A stretch of 64,000 nucleotides of DNA. Origin: Caldimonas sp. (lineage in GTDB: Bacteria > Pseudomonadota > Gammaproteobacteria > Burkholderiales > Burkholderiaceae_C). The translations under genes and the position numbers were made by a program. How positions within the stretch are numbered: position 1 is the first letter of the stretch; each line of letters begins with the position of its first letter. Under the pieces are notes generated by a model. The model was not told the DNA's origin. It ran no database searches and worked only from the letters and a program-made list of their open reading frames with translations. Location: positions 211 to 64,210 of the forward strand of contig DASXLD010000012.1 in assembly GCA_036496385.1 (NCBI GenBank), in the 5' to 3' direction. Shown in pieces: positions 19,201-29,914 of the stretch.

Positions 19201-20355
19201 ATGAACCTCGCAGCCTTTCGCGCCCTCGTCCGCAAGGACCTGGTGCTCTACTTCTCGAACCGGCGCGCGCTCGTCATGTCGATCGCGGCGCCGATCGTCA
19301 TCGCCGCGTTCTTCGGTGCGATCTTCGGCAACGGCCAGACCAAGCCGTCGCGGATCCCGATCGCGCTCGCCGACCAGGACGCGAGCGCGATCTCGCGCGC
19401 GGTCGCGACATCGATCGCTGCCGATCCGGCGTTCCAGGTCGAGCAGATCGACGCCGCAGCGGCGATCGAGCGGGCGCGCCAGGGCAAGGTGCGCGCCGCC
19501 GTCGTCCTGCCGGCCGGCTTCGGCGAGCGGTTGCCCGCGGCGCTGATGGCGGGCGGCGAAAAACCGGTCGTCGCCGTCCACTACGACCCCTCGCAGGCGA
19601 CGGCGATGCCGCTCGTGCAGGGGCTGCTGTCGCAGCACGTCATGCGGGCGCTCGGCGAGAGCCTCGGCAGGAGCGGCGCGCCGGTGTCGGCGTTCAGCCT
19701 GCCGTTCACGACCCGGGCGGTCGAGTCGGTCGCGAGCGGCGAGGCGCCGTACAACGGCTACGCCCATTCGTTCGCCGGCATGGGCGTGCAGTTCATCCTC
19801 TTCATGGGAATCGAGGTCGGGGTCGGCGTCCTGCTGGCGCGCCGGCTCGGCCTGTGGAAGCGGCTGCGCGCGGCGCCGCTCTCGCGCACGCTCCTGCTCG
19901 GCAGCCACATCGCGAGCGGCGCGATCACCGCGCTCGTCCTGCTCGCGATCATCTACGCGGCGGCGATGGCGATCTTTCAGGTTCGCATCGACGGCAGCGT
20001 CGTCGGCTTCGTCGCGATCGCGGTCGCATTCGCGCTGCTGACGTCGAGCTTCGGCCTCCTCATCGCCGCGATCGGCAAGACGCCCGAGGCGACCCGCGGC
20101 CTGGCGATCTTCGCGACGCTCGTGATGGTGATGCTCGGCGGTGCCTGGGTGCCTTCGTTCGTCTTCCCGCAGTGGCTGCAGACCGCATCGCTCGTCGTGC
20201 CGACGCGCTGGGCGGTCGACGGCCTCGATGCGATGACCTGGCGCGGCCTCGGCATCGACGCCGCGATCGCGCCGGTCGCGGTGCTGCTCGCGTTCAGCGT
20301 GCTGTTCACCGCCATCGCGATCTGGCGCTTCGACTGGGAAGAGCCGCGCGGTTGA
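19201..20355 (+). CDS. ABC-2 family transporter permease
   Basis: ATG lies 4 nt after the ATPase stop. N-terminal TM, a large extracytoplasmic loop, then 5 C-terminal TM segments, which is the typical ABC-2 layout. Confidence 0.85.
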   Translation: MNLAAFRALVRKDLVLYFSNRRALVMSIAAPIVIAAFFGAIFGNGQTKPSRIPIALADQDASAISRAVATSIAADPAFQVEQIDAAAAIERARQGKVRAAVVLPAGFGERLPAALMAGGEKPVVAVHYDPSQATAMPLVQGLLSQHVMRALGESLGRSGAPVSAFSLPFTTRAVESVASGEAPYNGYAHSFAGMGVQFILFMGIEVGVGVLLARRLGLWKRLRAAPLSRTLLLGSHIASGAITALVLLAIIYAAAMAIFQVRIDGSVVGFVAIAVAFALLTSSFGLLIAAIGKTPEATRGLAIFATLVMVMLGGAWVPSFVFPQWLQTASLVVPTRWAVDGLDAMTWRGLGIDAAIAPVAVLLAFSVLFTAIAIWRFDWEEPRG

Positions 20356-20358
20356 GAA

Positions 20359-20380
20359 GTCGCCGGGTGCGCTCGGCGAC
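20359..20380. terminator. GC-rich hairpin between convergent genes (possible bidirectional terminator)
   Basis: GTCGCCG-ggtgcgct-CGGCGAC gives a perfect 7-bp stem. It lies between the permease stop (20355) and the mccA stop (20391), followed by ...CCTTTCC. Confidence 0.35.
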
Positions 20381-20390
20381 GGCGCCTTTC

Positions 20391-22388
20391 CTACTCGAAA
20401 TCGACGAGCTCGGCGCCCTCGCTCACCTGGTCGCCCGCCGCGTAGCGAAATCCCTTGACGATGCCCGCACGCGGCGCGCTGACCGTGTGCTCCATCTTCA
20501 TCGCTTCGAGAACGAGCAAGGGCGCGCCCTTGTCGACCGTGGCACCGGGCCGGGCGAGCAGGGCGATCACTTTGCCGGGCATCGGCGCGAGCAGGCCGGC
20601 ACCCTCTTCGTCGTGCTCGGCACCGCTGACGCCGAGCAGGTCGACCAGCGCCAGCGCGTGCGAACGACCGCCGACGAAGACGTGGCGCAGCTCGCCCTCG
20701 GCGACGACGGCGGCGGTGAAGCGGCGCTCGCCCAGCGTCGCCGCGATGGCGCCGTCGACGCCGGGCCGGGCGCTCGCCGGCGTCGTCACGCCGTCGAGCG
20801 TGAGCTGCCAGCCGCCGCCCGGCACCGCCGCGACGTCGACCTCGCGCATCGTCTCGGCGTGGCGAAAGCCGAGCCGCCTGAGGGCGCTGCCGTTGAGGCG
20901 CCAGCCGTCGAGCGCGCGCCAGGGCGAGCCGCCGTCGGCAGCGCCGGCGGCCGCGCGCCGCGCCGCCTCGGCATCGCGCTCGACCTCGGCAAGCGCGGCG
21001 AGCAGCCAGACGTCGTCGGCAGGTGAGCTCGCGGGCGGGAACAGGCGGTCGTGCTCACGCTCGATCAACGCGGTGTCGAGGTCGGCGTTGGCGAACGACG
21101 GTGTCGCGACGAGGCGGCCGAGGAACTCGACGTTGTTGGCGACGCCGACGATGCGGTAGCGCGCCAGCGCCTCGCGCATCCGCACCAACGCGCCGGCGCG
21201 ATCACGCCCGTGGACGATCAGCTTGGCGATCATCGGGTCGTAGAACGGCGTGATCGCGTCACCCTCCTCGACGCCGGTGTCGACCCGCACCGACGCGCCT
21301 TCGGGCGGCGGCGCGAGATGGACCAGCCGCCCCGACTGCGGCAGGAAGCCGCGGTCGGGGTCCTCGGCGTAGATGCGCGCCTCGATCGCGTGACCCGAGA
21401 TCGAGACCTGCTCTTGCGTCTTCGGCAGCGGCTCGCCGGCGGCGACGCGCAGCTGCCACTCGACCAGATCGACGCCGGTGATCATCTCGGTCACCGGATG
21501 CTCGACCTGCAGCCGGGTGTTCATCTCCATGAAGTAGAAGCGGCCGTCGGGATGGGCGATGAACTCGACCGTGCCGGCGCCGACGTAGCCGACCGCCTGC
21601 GCTGCCTCGACCGCGGCACGCCCCATCGCCGCTCGCCGCTCGGCCGTCATGCCGGGCGCGGGCGCCTCCTCGAGCACCTTCTGGTGGCGCCGCTGCACCG
21701 AGCAGTCGCGCTCGAACAGGTAAATGCAAGACCCGAGCGTGTCGGCGAAAACCTGGATCTCGACGTGGCGCGGCTTCAGCACGTACTGCTCGACGAGGAC
21801 GCGGTCGTCGCCGAACGCGCTCTTGGCCTCGCGCTGGCACGACGCGAGCGCAGCGGCGAAGTCCTTGGCGTCGTCGACGCGACGCATGCCTTTGCCGCCG
21901 CCGCCTGCGCTCGCCTTGATCAGCACCGGAAAGCCGATCTTCGCCGCCTCGCGCGCGAGCAGCGCCGGGTCCTGCGCCTCGCCGTGGTAGCCAGGCGTGA
22001 GCGGAACGCCGGCCTTTTCCATCAGCGCCTTCGCCGCCGACTTCGACCCCATGGCGCGAATCGCCGTCGCGGGTGGCCCGACGAAGGCGATGCCGGCCGC
22101 GGCGCACTGCGCCGCGAACGCCTCGTTTTCGGACAGAAAGCCGTAGCCCGGGTGGATCGCCTGCGCGCCGGTCGCTCGCGCCGCCGCGACGATCCTCTCG
22201 CCGACGAGGTACGACTCGCGCGCCGGCGGCGGCCCGATGCGCACGGCCTCGTCGGCGAGGCGGACGTGGCGCGCGTTGGCGTCGGCGTCGCTGTAGACGG
22301 CGACGGTCGCGATCCCCATCTTGCGCGCGGTCTTGATGACGCGGCACGCGATCTCGCCGCGGTTGGCGATCAGGAGCTTCGTGAACAT
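20391..22388 (-). CDS. mccA: 3-methylcrotonyl-CoA carboxylase alpha subunit (biotin carboxylase + biotin carrier)
   Basis: MFTKLLIANRGEIACRV. ATP-grasp motifs. C-terminal biotinylation site LEAMKMEH. Genomic context with the carboxyltransferase and isovaleryl-CoA dehydrogenase. Confidence 0.9.
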   Translation of the reverse strand: MFTKLLIANRGEIACRVIKTARKMGIATVAVYSDADANARHVRLADEAVRIGPPPARESYLVGERIVAAARATGAQAIHPGYGFLSENEAFAAQCAAAGIAFVGPPATAIRAMGSKSAAKALMEKAGVPLTPGYHGEAQDPALLAREAAKIGFPVLIKASAGGGGKGMRRVDDAKDFAAALASCQREAKSAFGDDRVLVEQYVLKPRHVEIQVFADTLGSCIYLFERDCSVQRRHQKVLEEAPAPGMTAERRAAMGRAAVEAAQAVGYVGAGTVEFIAHPDGRFYFMEMNTRLQVEHPVTEMITGVDLVEWQLRVAAGEPLPKTQEQVSISGHAIEARIYAEDPDRGFLPQSGRLVHLAPPPEGASVRVDTGVEEGDAITPFYDPMIAKLIVHGRDRAGALVRMREALARYRIVGVANNVEFLGRLVATPSFANADLDTALIEREHDRLFPPASSPADDVWLLAALAEVERDAEAARRAAAGAADGGSPWRALDGWRLNGSALRRLGFRHAETMREVDVAAVPGGGWQLTLDGVTTPASARPGVDGAIAATLGERRFTAAVVAEGELRHVFVGGRSHALALVDLLGVSGAEHDEEGAGLLAPMPGKVIALLARPGATVDKGAPLLVLEAMKMEHTVSAPRAGIVKGFRYAAGDQVSEGAELVDFE

Positions 22389-22433
22389 GGGCGGTGCAAA
22401 TCCCGGTGAGGCGGCGCGAGTGCCGTCGTGGCG

Positions 22434-23501
22434 CTAGGGGTTGTGGACGACCGACCGCCTGACGCGGCTGCTGGCATTGACCGCGACCAGCTTGCCGTCG
22501 CCGTCGAAATCGAGGTCGAATTCGTCGCCTTCTTCGGCCAGCGAGTACACCCACCGCTTGCCGCCGAGACCACCCTCGGTGCGATCGGCGCGGGGAAAGC
22601 CGATCGCCATCACGACCTGCTCGCGGGTCATTCCCGCAAGGACACGGCCGCTGACGATGGCTTGCTGCACCTCGGGCGAATACCCTTCGACCTTCGTCTT
22701 GGGGTCCTCCTTGACGAAGATCCGGTCGGCGAACTGCTCGCGCGTCAGCGGCTCGAAATCGCTGTCGGGGCCGGCGCTCATCGTTCGACCCTCGATGTTC
22801 ACGTGCACGCGCTTGCGGCCCCAACCGGCGACCTTGACACGCGATCCGGCCGGAATGAAGGGCTGCCCGATGAAGTTGTTGTCGCTGATCCAGTCGCCGT
22901 CGTAGCGCAGGTTGCAGCACGTGTAGCGATCGGCCGTCGCCATCGCTGCCATCGCTTCCGGGCTCGGCGACTGGACGATCTTCTTGCCGACCATCCAGCC
23001 CGTCGCCTCCTCCTCGAGCCAGACCTCGCGCTTGAAATCATCGAGCGCGCCGGTGACCCGGTAGCGGACGCCCGCCTTCAGATCGACCTCGATCTCGCCC
23101 TCGGCGACGAACCCGCTGCTGCGCGCGAACATCGATTCGATGGGCACCGCATGGACCACGCTCGCCAGCAGCCGAAGAGTCGACTTGCCGGCCTTGACGG
23201 AGTGTTCCGGCAGCACGACCCGCATGCTTCGGCCGAGACCTCTGCTCGCTGCGAGGCTGGCGTCGATGCCGGTGCGGAGGTCTTCGCCGTTGACGCGCTT
23301 GAGCACGAAGAAGGCCGCGGTCGGCACGCTCGGGCGTGGCCTGGCGGCGCCCAGGGCTGATCCGGCAGATCCGCCGGCGGCGGTATCGACGATCGTCGCC
23401 ATTTCGCTCGGCGGCGCCGCCGTCGGCGGGGTCTCGGCCCGCGCGGTCCCGGCCAAGGCCGCCACGAGCATGGCTGCGAGCATCGCCCCTCTTCCCCTCA
23501 T
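22434..23501 (-). CDS. Secreted protein of unknown function with a C-terminal BamE/SmpA_OmlA-like motif
   Basis: ATG at 23501 follows GGGGAGGA; the ORF opens at 23543. Signal peptide MRGRGAMLAAMLVAALAGTARA. GMTREQVVMAIGFP resembles the SmpA/OmlA signature. Balanced amino-acid composition, unlike the antisense ORF. Confidence 0.7.
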   Translation of the reverse strand: MRGRGAMLAAMLVAALAGTARAETPPTAAPPSEMATIVDTAAGGSAGSALGAARPRPSVPTAAFFVLKRVNGEDLRTGIDASLAASRGLGRSMRVVLPEHSVKAGKSTLRLLASVVHAVPIESMFARSSGFVAEGEIEVDLKAGVRYRVTGALDDFKREVWLEEEATGWMVGKKIVQSPSPEAMAAMATADRYTCCNLRYDGDWISDNNFIGQPFIPAGSRVKVAGWGRKRVHVNIEGRTMSAGPDSDFEPLTREQFADRIFVKEDPKTKVEGYSPEVQQAIVSGRVLAGMTREQVVMAIGFPRADRTEGGLGGKRWVYSLAEEGDEFDLDFDGDGKLVAVNASSRVRRSVVHNP

Positions 23502-23558
23502 ACGTCCTCCCCTTTTGCTTCGTCGTCGTGCAGCCTCTTTCATTGGCCGCGGCCGTCG

Positions 23559-25166
23559 TCACATGCGGAACACGCCGAACTTGGTCGCCGGGATCGGCGC
23601 GTTGAGCGTCGCCGCCAGCGAGAGGCCGAGAACGCGGCGCGTCTCGGCGGGATCGATCACGCCGTCGTCCCACAAGCGCGCGCTCGCGTAGTACGGATGG
23701 CCCTGGTGCTCGTACTGCTCGAGCAGCGGCGCCTTGAACGCACGTTCCTCGTCAGCCGACCAGCTGCCGCCGCGCGCCTCGATGCCGTCGCGCTTGACCG
23801 TCGCGAGCACCGCCGACGCCTGCTCGCCGCCCATCACGCTGATGCGCGCGTTCGGCCACATCCAGAGGAACCGCGGCGAGTAGGCGCGGCCGCACATGCC
23901 GTAGTTGCCGGCGCCGAACGAGCCGCCGATGAGCACCGTGAGCTTGGGCACCAGCGCGGTCGCGACTGCCGTCACCATCTTCGCGCCGTCGCGCGCGATG
24001 CCGGCGTTCTCGACCTTCTTGCCGACCATGAAGCCGGTGATGTTCTGCAGGAAGAGGAGCGGCACCCGCCGCTCGCAGCAAAGCTCGATGAAGTGCGCGC
24101 CCTTCTGCGCCGACTCGCTGAAGAGGATGCCGTTGTTGGCGACGACGCCGACCGGCATGCCGTAGAGACGCGCGAAGCCGGTGACGAGCGTCGACCCGTA
24201 GCGCGCCTTGAACTCGTCGAGGCGCGAGCCATCGACGATGCGCGCGATCACCTCGCGAACGTCGTAAGGCTTTCGCGTGTCGTGCGGAATGACGCCGTAG
24301 ATCTCCCTGGCGTCGTAGCGTGGCTCTTCGCTCGCCTCGCGCGTCACCGTCTCGGGCATGCGGCGATTGAGGCTGGCGACGATCCGGCGCGCGATCGCGA
24401 GCGCGTGGCGGTCGTCGTCGGCCAGATGGTCGGCGACGCCCGACAGGCGCGTGTGGACGTCGCCGCCGCCGAGCTCCTCGGCGCTGACGACCTCGCCGAT
24501 CGCCGCCTTCACGAGCGGCGGCCCGCCGAGGAAGATCGTGCCCTGGTTCTTGACGATGATCGTCTCGTCGCTCATCGCCGGCACGTACGCGCCGCCGGCC
24601 GTGCACGAGCCCATGACGACGGCGATCTGCGCGATCCCCTGCGCGCTCATGTTGGCCTGGTTGAAGAAGATCCGGCCGAAGTGCTCGCGGTCGGGGAAGA
24701 CCTCGTCCTGGCGCGGCAGGAACGCGCCGCCGGAATCGACGAGGTAGATGCAGGGCAGGCGGTTCTGCTGCGCGATCTCCTGCGCGCGCAGATGCTTCTT
24801 CACCGTCATCGGATAGTAGGTGCCGCCCTTCACCGTCGCGTCGTTGGCGACGATCATGCATTCCTGCCCTTGGACGCGGCCGATGCCGGCGATCATTCCG
24901 GCGGCGGGCGCCTCGCCGTCGTACATGTCGTAGGCCGCGAGCTGGCCGATCTCGAGGAAGGAAGCGCCCGGGTCGAGCAGCCCGTCGACGCGCTCGCGCG
25001 GCAGCAGCTTGCCGCGCGCGACATGGCGCTCGCGCGACTTGGCGTCGCCGCCGCGCGCGACCTCGGCGGCGCGGGCGCGCAAATCGTCGACCTGGCGCTG
25101 CAGCGCCGCCGCGTTGGCCTTGAACTCGTCGGAACGCGTGTCGATGCGCGACATCAACGCGGCCAT
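23559..25166 (-). CDS. mccB: 3-methylcrotonyl-CoA carboxylase beta subunit (carboxyltransferase)
   Basis: ATG at 25166 follows [59 protein letters not shown]. Confidence 0.9.
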   Translation of the reverse strand: MAALMSRIDTRSDEFKANAAALQRQVDDLRARAAEVARGGDAKSRERHVARGKLLPRERVDGLLDPGASFLEIGQLAAYDMYDGEAPAAGMIAGIGRVQGQECMIVANDATVKGGTYYPMTVKKHLRAQEIAQQNRLPCIYLVDSGGAFLPRQDEVFPDREHFGRIFFNQANMSAQGIAQIAVVMGSCTAGGAYVPAMSDETIIVKNQGTIFLGGPPLVKAAIGEVVSAEELGGGDVHTRLSGVADHLADDDRHALAIARRIVASLNRRMPETVTREASEEPRYDAREIYGVIPHDTRKPYDVREVIARIVDGSRLDEFKARYGSTLVTGFARLYGMPVGVVANNGILFSESAQKGAHFIELCCERRVPLLFLQNITGFMVGKKVENAGIARDGAKMVTAVATALVPKLTVLIGGSFGAGNYGMCGRAYSPRFLWMWPNARISVMGGEQASAVLATVKRDGIEARGGSWSADEERAFKAPLLEQYEHQGHPYYASARLWDDGVIDPAETRRVLGLSLAATLNAPIPATKFGVFRM

Positions 25167-25299
25167 GGGTCTCCTGCTCGCTGTCGTTTCTCCGAGCGCG
25201 AGCTTAACGTCTGCCGTGGCACGATCGCGTCGGCCATCTCCGAAGGGAGAACGAGGCATCGAAGCGCGACGCCGTTGACGCGCCGATCGGGAGAAGCGT

Positions 25300-26442
25300 A
25301 TGCCCCATTCGCCGCAGGTCGTGAGCGCCGCGGACGTCGATCGGGAGGCTCCTCGCTGGAGCGACAGCGCGCCGGCGCTTCGTCGCCGCACCCTCCTGCA
25401 GGCCGGTGCCTCGCTGCTCGCACTCGGCGCTCGTGCCGCCTTCGCCCAGCATCGCGTTCCCTTGGCCGACATGCACAGCCATCTCGGCATGCTCTCGCGC
25501 GCCTCGCTCGCCGACCAGATGCGAGCCAACGGCGTGGCTCTCGTCGCCTGGGCATTGCCGTCGGACCTTCCCTGGACCCACGCGGTCAGCACCGGCATCG
25601 CCCAGAGATCCGTTCCTGCCGCCGGCGAGCCCGCGGCCTTCTTCGCCGCCCGGCTCGACCGCGAGAACGTGACGCTTGCGAACGCCGGTCTGAAGCGGGT
25701 CTTGACCGCCGCCGACGTCGATGCCTGCGTCGCGGGCGAGGAGCACGGCGTCGTGCTCGCTGCCGAGGGTGCCGACTTCCTCGAGGGTCGACTCGACGGC
25801 CTCTCGGCCGTCTACGACCAGGGCTTGCGCCACCTTCAGCTGGTGCACTACATCGCCAGCCCGATCGGCGATCGGCAAACATCGGAGCCGCAATTCAACG
25901 GGCTGAGCGCCGTCGGCAAGCTGCTCGTCGAAGCGTGCAACGAGCGCGGCCTGCTGATCGATCTCGCCCACTGCGCCGAGACCGCGGTCGACCAGGCGCT
26001 GCAGATCTCGAAGGTTCCCATGGTCTGGTCGCACAGCTGGGTCCGCGAGGTCGGCGGCCGATGGCAGGACACCTACGGCTACCAGCAGCGCCGCTTGTCG
26101 CTCGCTCGCGCGAAGGCGATCGCCGATCGGGGCGGCGTCGTCGGCGTCTGGGGCTTCGGCCTCGAGCGGCCGGGCGTCGGGCGCAATGCGTGGTCGGTCG
26201 GCCGCAACGACGCCATGGGCTACGCGCGCGAGCTCGCCGACCTCGTCGACCAGATCGGCGCCGATCACGTCGGCATCGGAACCGACCTGGCGGGCGTCGG
26301 TGCGAGCGCGTCGATCAACGACTACGCCGATCTGCGCAAGGTCGTGGCGCACCTGCAGGAATTGAGGCTGCCGGACAGTGCGATCGAGCGCGTCGCCTGC
26401 ACCAACTACGCCCGGGTGCTCAAGACGGCGATGATGGGGTGA
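25300..26442 (+). CDS. Membrane-dipeptidase (peptidase M19)-like metallohydrolase with a Tat-type signal
   Basis: [22 protein letters not shown] (twin-Arg). IDLAHCAE...MVWSHSW and GIGTDL resemble M19 metal-ligand contexts. The N-terminal ligand motif reads MHSH (HxH) rather than the HxD I recall for M19. Confidence 0.7.
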   Translation: MPHSPQVVSAADVDREAPRWSDSAPALRRRTLLQAGASLLALGARAAFAQHRVPLADMHSHLGMLSRASLADQMRANGVALVAWALPSDLPWTHAVSTGIAQRSVPAAGEPAAFFAARLDRENVTLANAGLKRVLTAADVDACVAGEEHGVVLAAEGADFLEGRLDGLSAVYDQGLRHLQLVHYIASPIGDRQTSEPQFNGLSAVGKLLVEACNERGLLIDLAHCAETAVDQALQISKVPMVWSHSWVREVGGRWQDTYGYQQRRLSLARAKAIADRGGVVGVWGFGLERPGVGRNAWSVGRNDAMGYARELADLVDQIGADHVGIGTDLAGVGASASINDYADLRKVVAHLQELRLPDSAIERVACTNYARVLKTAMMG

Positions 26443-26460
26443 GCGGGATCGACACCGCCC

Positions 26461-27636
26461 TCACATGCTCTCCGCGTACAGCTCGCGGCCGATCAGCATG
26501 CGCCGGATCTCGCTCGTGCCGGCGCCGATCTCGTACAGCTTGGCGTCGCGCCAGAGGCGCCCGACCGGGTACTCGTTGGTGTAGCCGACGCCGCCGAGCG
26601 CCTGGATCGCCTCGCCGGCCATCCAGGTCGCCTTCTCGGCCGAGTAGAGGATGGCACCGGCCGCGTCCTTCCGGAGCGTGCGCGAATGGTCGCCGTGGTC
26701 GCAGGCGCTGCCAACCGCGTAGACGTAGGCGCGCGACGCCGACCAGGTCGAGTACATGTCGGCGATCTTGCCCTGCATGAGCTGGAACTCGCCGATCGAC
26801 TGGCCGAACTGCTTTCGCTCGTGCACGAACGGCATGACGGCGTCCATGCACGCCGCCATGATGCCGAGCGGCCCGCCCGACAGCACCGCGCGCTCGTAGT
26901 CGAGGCCGCTCATCAGCACCTTGACGCCGCCGCCCTCGCTGCCGAGGACGTTCTCCGCCGGCACTTCGCAGTCCTCGAAGAAGACCGGCCAGGTGTTCGA
27001 GCCGCGCATGCCGAGCTTGTCGAGCTTGTTGCCGAACGAGAGGCCGCGCATCGACTTCTCGATGATGAACGCAGTGATGCCGCTCGGGCCGGCGTTGAGG
27101 TCGGTCTTGGCGTAGACGATCATCGTGTCGGCGTCGCCGCCGTTGGTGATCCACATCTTCGAGCCGTTGAGCACGTAACGGTCGCCACGCAGATCGGCTC
27201 GCAATTTCATGCTGACGACGTCCGAGCCGGCGTTGGGCTCGCTCATGGCGAGCGCGCCGACATGCTCGCCCGAGACCAGCTTGGGCAGGTACTTCTTCTT
27301 CTGCGCCGCGCTGCCGTTGCGATGCAGCTGGTTCACCGCCAGGTTCGAGTGCGCGCCGTACGAGAGGCCGACTGACGCCGACGCGCGCGAGACCTCCTCC
27401 ATGGCGACGATGTGCGCGAGGTAGCCGAGATCGCTGCCGCCGTACTCTTCCTTCACCGTCATGCCGTGCAGGCCGAGCGCACCGAGCTTTCGCCAGAGGT
27501 CGGCGGGGAAGACGTTGTCGCGGTCGATGGCGGCGGCGCGCGGCGCGATCTCGTCGTCGGCGAACTGCTGCACCGTGTCGCGCAGCATGTCGATCGTCTC
27601 GCCGAGGTCGAAGGCGAGGCCTGGGAGGTGGGGCAT
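26461..27636 (-). CDS. ivd: Isovaleryl-CoA dehydrogenase
   Basis: Acyl-CoA dehydrogenase motifs [29 protein letters not shown]. Context with mccA/mccB. Confidence 0.9.
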   Translation of the reverse strand: MPHLPGLAFDLGETIDMLRDTVQQFADDEIAPRAAAIDRDNVFPADLWRKLGALGLHGMTVKEEYGGSDLGYLAHIVAMEEVSRASASVGLSYGAHSNLAVNQLHRNGSAAQKKKYLPKLVSGEHVGALAMSEPNAGSDVVSMKLRADLRGDRYVLNGSKMWITNGGDADTMIVYAKTDLNAGPSGITAFIIEKSMRGLSFGNKLDKLGMRGSNTWPVFFEDCEVPAENVLGSEGGGVKVLMSGLDYERAVLSGGPLGIMAACMDAVMPFVHERKQFGQSIGEFQLMQGKIADMYSTWSASRAYVYAVGSACDHGDHSRTLRKDAAGAILYSAEKATWMAGEAIQALGGVGYTNEYPVGRLWRDAKLYEIGAGTSEIRRMLIGRELYAESM

Positions 27637-27701
27637 GGCGTCTCGCGTCCTGTCGTCGTCGGGACGGGAAGCTTACCCGCGCGGCGCCCGGCCGCAGCGC
27701 C

Positions 27702-29840
27702 TCAGACGGCGACGCCCTGGTCCGACGCGGCGGCGACGGCGTGGTGCTGCAGGTCGGGCGCCTGCGGCAGGCCGGTGACCTGCAGGATCTCGTGCTGGTC
27801 GAGCGTCTCGCGCTCGAGCAGTGCGGCGACGAGCGCGTCGAGCCGGTGCCGATGCTCGGCGATCAGCGCCTTGGCCTCTTCGTGGCATTCGCCGATGATG
27901 CGCTGCACCTCGGCATCGATCAGCTTCGCGGTGTGCTCGCCGAACGGCTTCTCTCCGGTGAGGCCGGTCGACTGTCCTTCGAGGAACGGGTTCTCCGGCG
28001 GCGCCAGCTGCACCATGCCGAGCTTGTCGCTCATTCCCCATCGCGTCACCATGTTGCGGGCCAGCTGCGTCGCCTGCTCGATGTCGTTCTCGGCGCCGGT
28101 CGTGCGCGTGCCGTAGACGATCTCCTCGGCAGCGCGGCCGCCGAGCATGCCGACGATGCGCGCGCGCAGATACGCCTCGGGATAGTTGTAGCGGTCGGTC
28201 TGCGGCCGCTGGTAGGTGACGCCGAGCGCCCGGCCGCGTGGCACGATCGTCACCCGCTGGACCGGATCCGCTCCCGGCACGACGAGGCCGAGGATCGCGT
28301 GGCCGCTCTCGTGGGTCGCGATCCGCTCGCGGTCCTCGTCGCTCAGCAGGAGCGGCCGCTCGGGGCCGAGGACGATCTTCTCGAGCGCATCGATGAAGTC
28401 CTTCTGGCCGACGTCGCTCTTGTCGCGGCGGGCGGCGAGCAGCGCCGCTTCGTTGACGAGGTTCTTCAGGTCGGCACCCGAGAGTCCCGGCGTCATGGCC
28501 GCGAGCTCCTCGAGGTTCGTCCCGGGCGCCAACGGCACGTTGCGGGTGTGGACCTCGAGGATCGCGTTGCGGCCTGCCTTGTCGGGCAGGTTGACGAAGA
28601 CGCGCCGATCGAACCGCCCCGGGCGCAGCAACGCGCGGTCGAGAACGCCGGGCTGGTTGGTCGCCGCCAGCACGATGACGCCTTCGCGGCCCGAGAAGCC
28701 GTCCATCTCGGTGAGGATCTGGTTCAGCGTCTGCTCCTGCTCGCTCGAGCCGCCGAGCGCCACCGGTCCGCGCGCGCGACCGATCGAATCGATCTCGTCG
28801 ATGAAGATGATCGCCGGCGCGCTCTCGCGCGCCTGCCGGAACAGATCGCGGACGCGGGCGGCGCCGACGCCGACGATCATCTCGACGAACTCGGCGGCGC
28901 TCATCGAGAAGAACGGCACGCCGGCCTCGCCGGCGACGGCCTTCGCGAGCAAGGTCTTGCCGGTCCCGGGCGCGCCGATCAGCAGCACGCCCTTCGGCGC
29001 CGAGCCGCCGAGCCGGGTGTACTTCTCCGGCGCCTTCAGGAAATCGACGATCTCGACCAGCTCGTTCTCGGCCTCGTCGATGCCGGCGACGTCCTTGAAC
29101 GTCACTTTCGGCCCGGCTTCCTGGTCATAGCGTCGCGCCCGGCTCTTGCCGATGCCGAGCAAGCCGCCGCCGATGCCGCCGCCGAGCTGCTGCGCGCGGC
29201 GGTACATCCAGACGTAGAAGCCGATCAGGAGCAGCGCCGGGCCGAAGCCGTAGAGCAACGTCGTCAGGCCGCTGCCCTGGATCGGCACCGCCCGGATCTC
29301 GACCCGATGGTCGATCAGGAAGGTCTCGAGGCCGGGGCCGACGAAGGTCGGCAACGTCGTCGTGAACGACGTCGCCTTGCGCGGCTCGGCGGCGGCGAAG
29401 AAGCCGCGCGCCGCCGACGCGGCGGCCGAGGCGGCGCTGGCCGGCGGCCAGAGCACGGCGGTCTTGAAGCGCCCTTCGATGCCCGCACCCTGGCTGTAGA
29501 TCGCCTGCACGTTGCCCTTGGTGACCTCGTCCTTGAATGCGGTGTAGGGAATCGTCACCGCGGCATCGTCGCCGGGAAAGAGCATCCGCATGACGAGGTA
29601 GTTGACGACCAGGAGCGCGACGAACGTCCACCAGGCGCGGCGCGGCGGCACGTTGACCTTCTTCGCGCCGTCCGGCTTCGTACCGGGCTGCGACGAGCCG
29701 GCAGCGGCGCGCGGCGGCCAGGAGGGAGTGCCCTGCTTGGTGCGGTCCACTATCGGGGGATGCGTTCGTTGTGCCTCGGCCGACGCACTTGCTGAGCAGT
29801 CCCCAGCAAACGGCACACCCGCTGGCATCACCGCTGGCAC
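27702..29840 (-). CDS. FtsH-family ATP-dependent zinc metalloprotease (paralogue; start uncertain)
   Basis: Two TM segments. Walker [24 protein letters not shown]. Second region of homology. HEXXH as THESGHAI. The first codon is GTG, with an ATG 12 nt downstream. Confidence 0.85.
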   Translation of the reverse strand: MPAVMPAGVPFAGDCSASASAEAQRTHPPIVDRTKQGTPSWPPRAAAGSSQPGTKPDGAKKVNVPPRRAWWTFVALLVVNYLVMRMLFPGDDAAVTIPYTAFKDEVTKGNVQAIYSQGAGIEGRFKTAVLWPPASAASAAASAARGFFAAAEPRKATSFTTTLPTFVGPGLETFLIDHRVEIRAVPIQGSGLTTLLYGFGPALLLIGFYVWMYRRAQQLGGGIGGGLLGIGKSRARRYDQEAGPKVTFKDVAGIDEAENELVEIVDFLKAPEKYTRLGGSAPKGVLLIGAPGTGKTLLAKAVAGEAGVPFFSMSAAEFVEMIVGVGAARVRDLFRQARESAPAIIFIDEIDSIGRARGPVALGGSSEQEQTLNQILTEMDGFSGREGVIVLAATNQPGVLDRALLRPGRFDRRVFVNLPDKAGRNAILEVHTRNVPLAPGTNLEELAAMTPGLSGADLKNLVNEAALLAARRDKSDVGQKDFIDALEKIVLGPERPLLLSDEDRERIATHESGHAILGLVVPGADPVQRVTIVPRGRALGVTYQRPQTDRYNYPEAYLRARIVGMLGGRAAEEIVYGTRTTGAENDIEQATQLARNMVTRWGMSDKLGMVQLAPPENPFLEGQSTGLTGEKPFGEHTAKLIDAEVQRIIGECHEEAKALIAEHRHRLDALVAALLERETLDQHEILQVTGLPQAPDLQHHAVAAASDQGVAV

Positions 29841-29914
29841 GATGACACCGCGCGGCGGTGGTCGGCGTGGTCTCGGTCAGCGCCGACGCGTCGCTCGCGC
29901 CGAGCCGCCGTCCT

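Noticed and set aside
23697-26780. 1027-aa plus-strand ORF
   Set aside because: It is antisense to mccB and out of frame with the dipeptidase and ivd genes. It is Arg/Asp/Ala-rich with no motifs.
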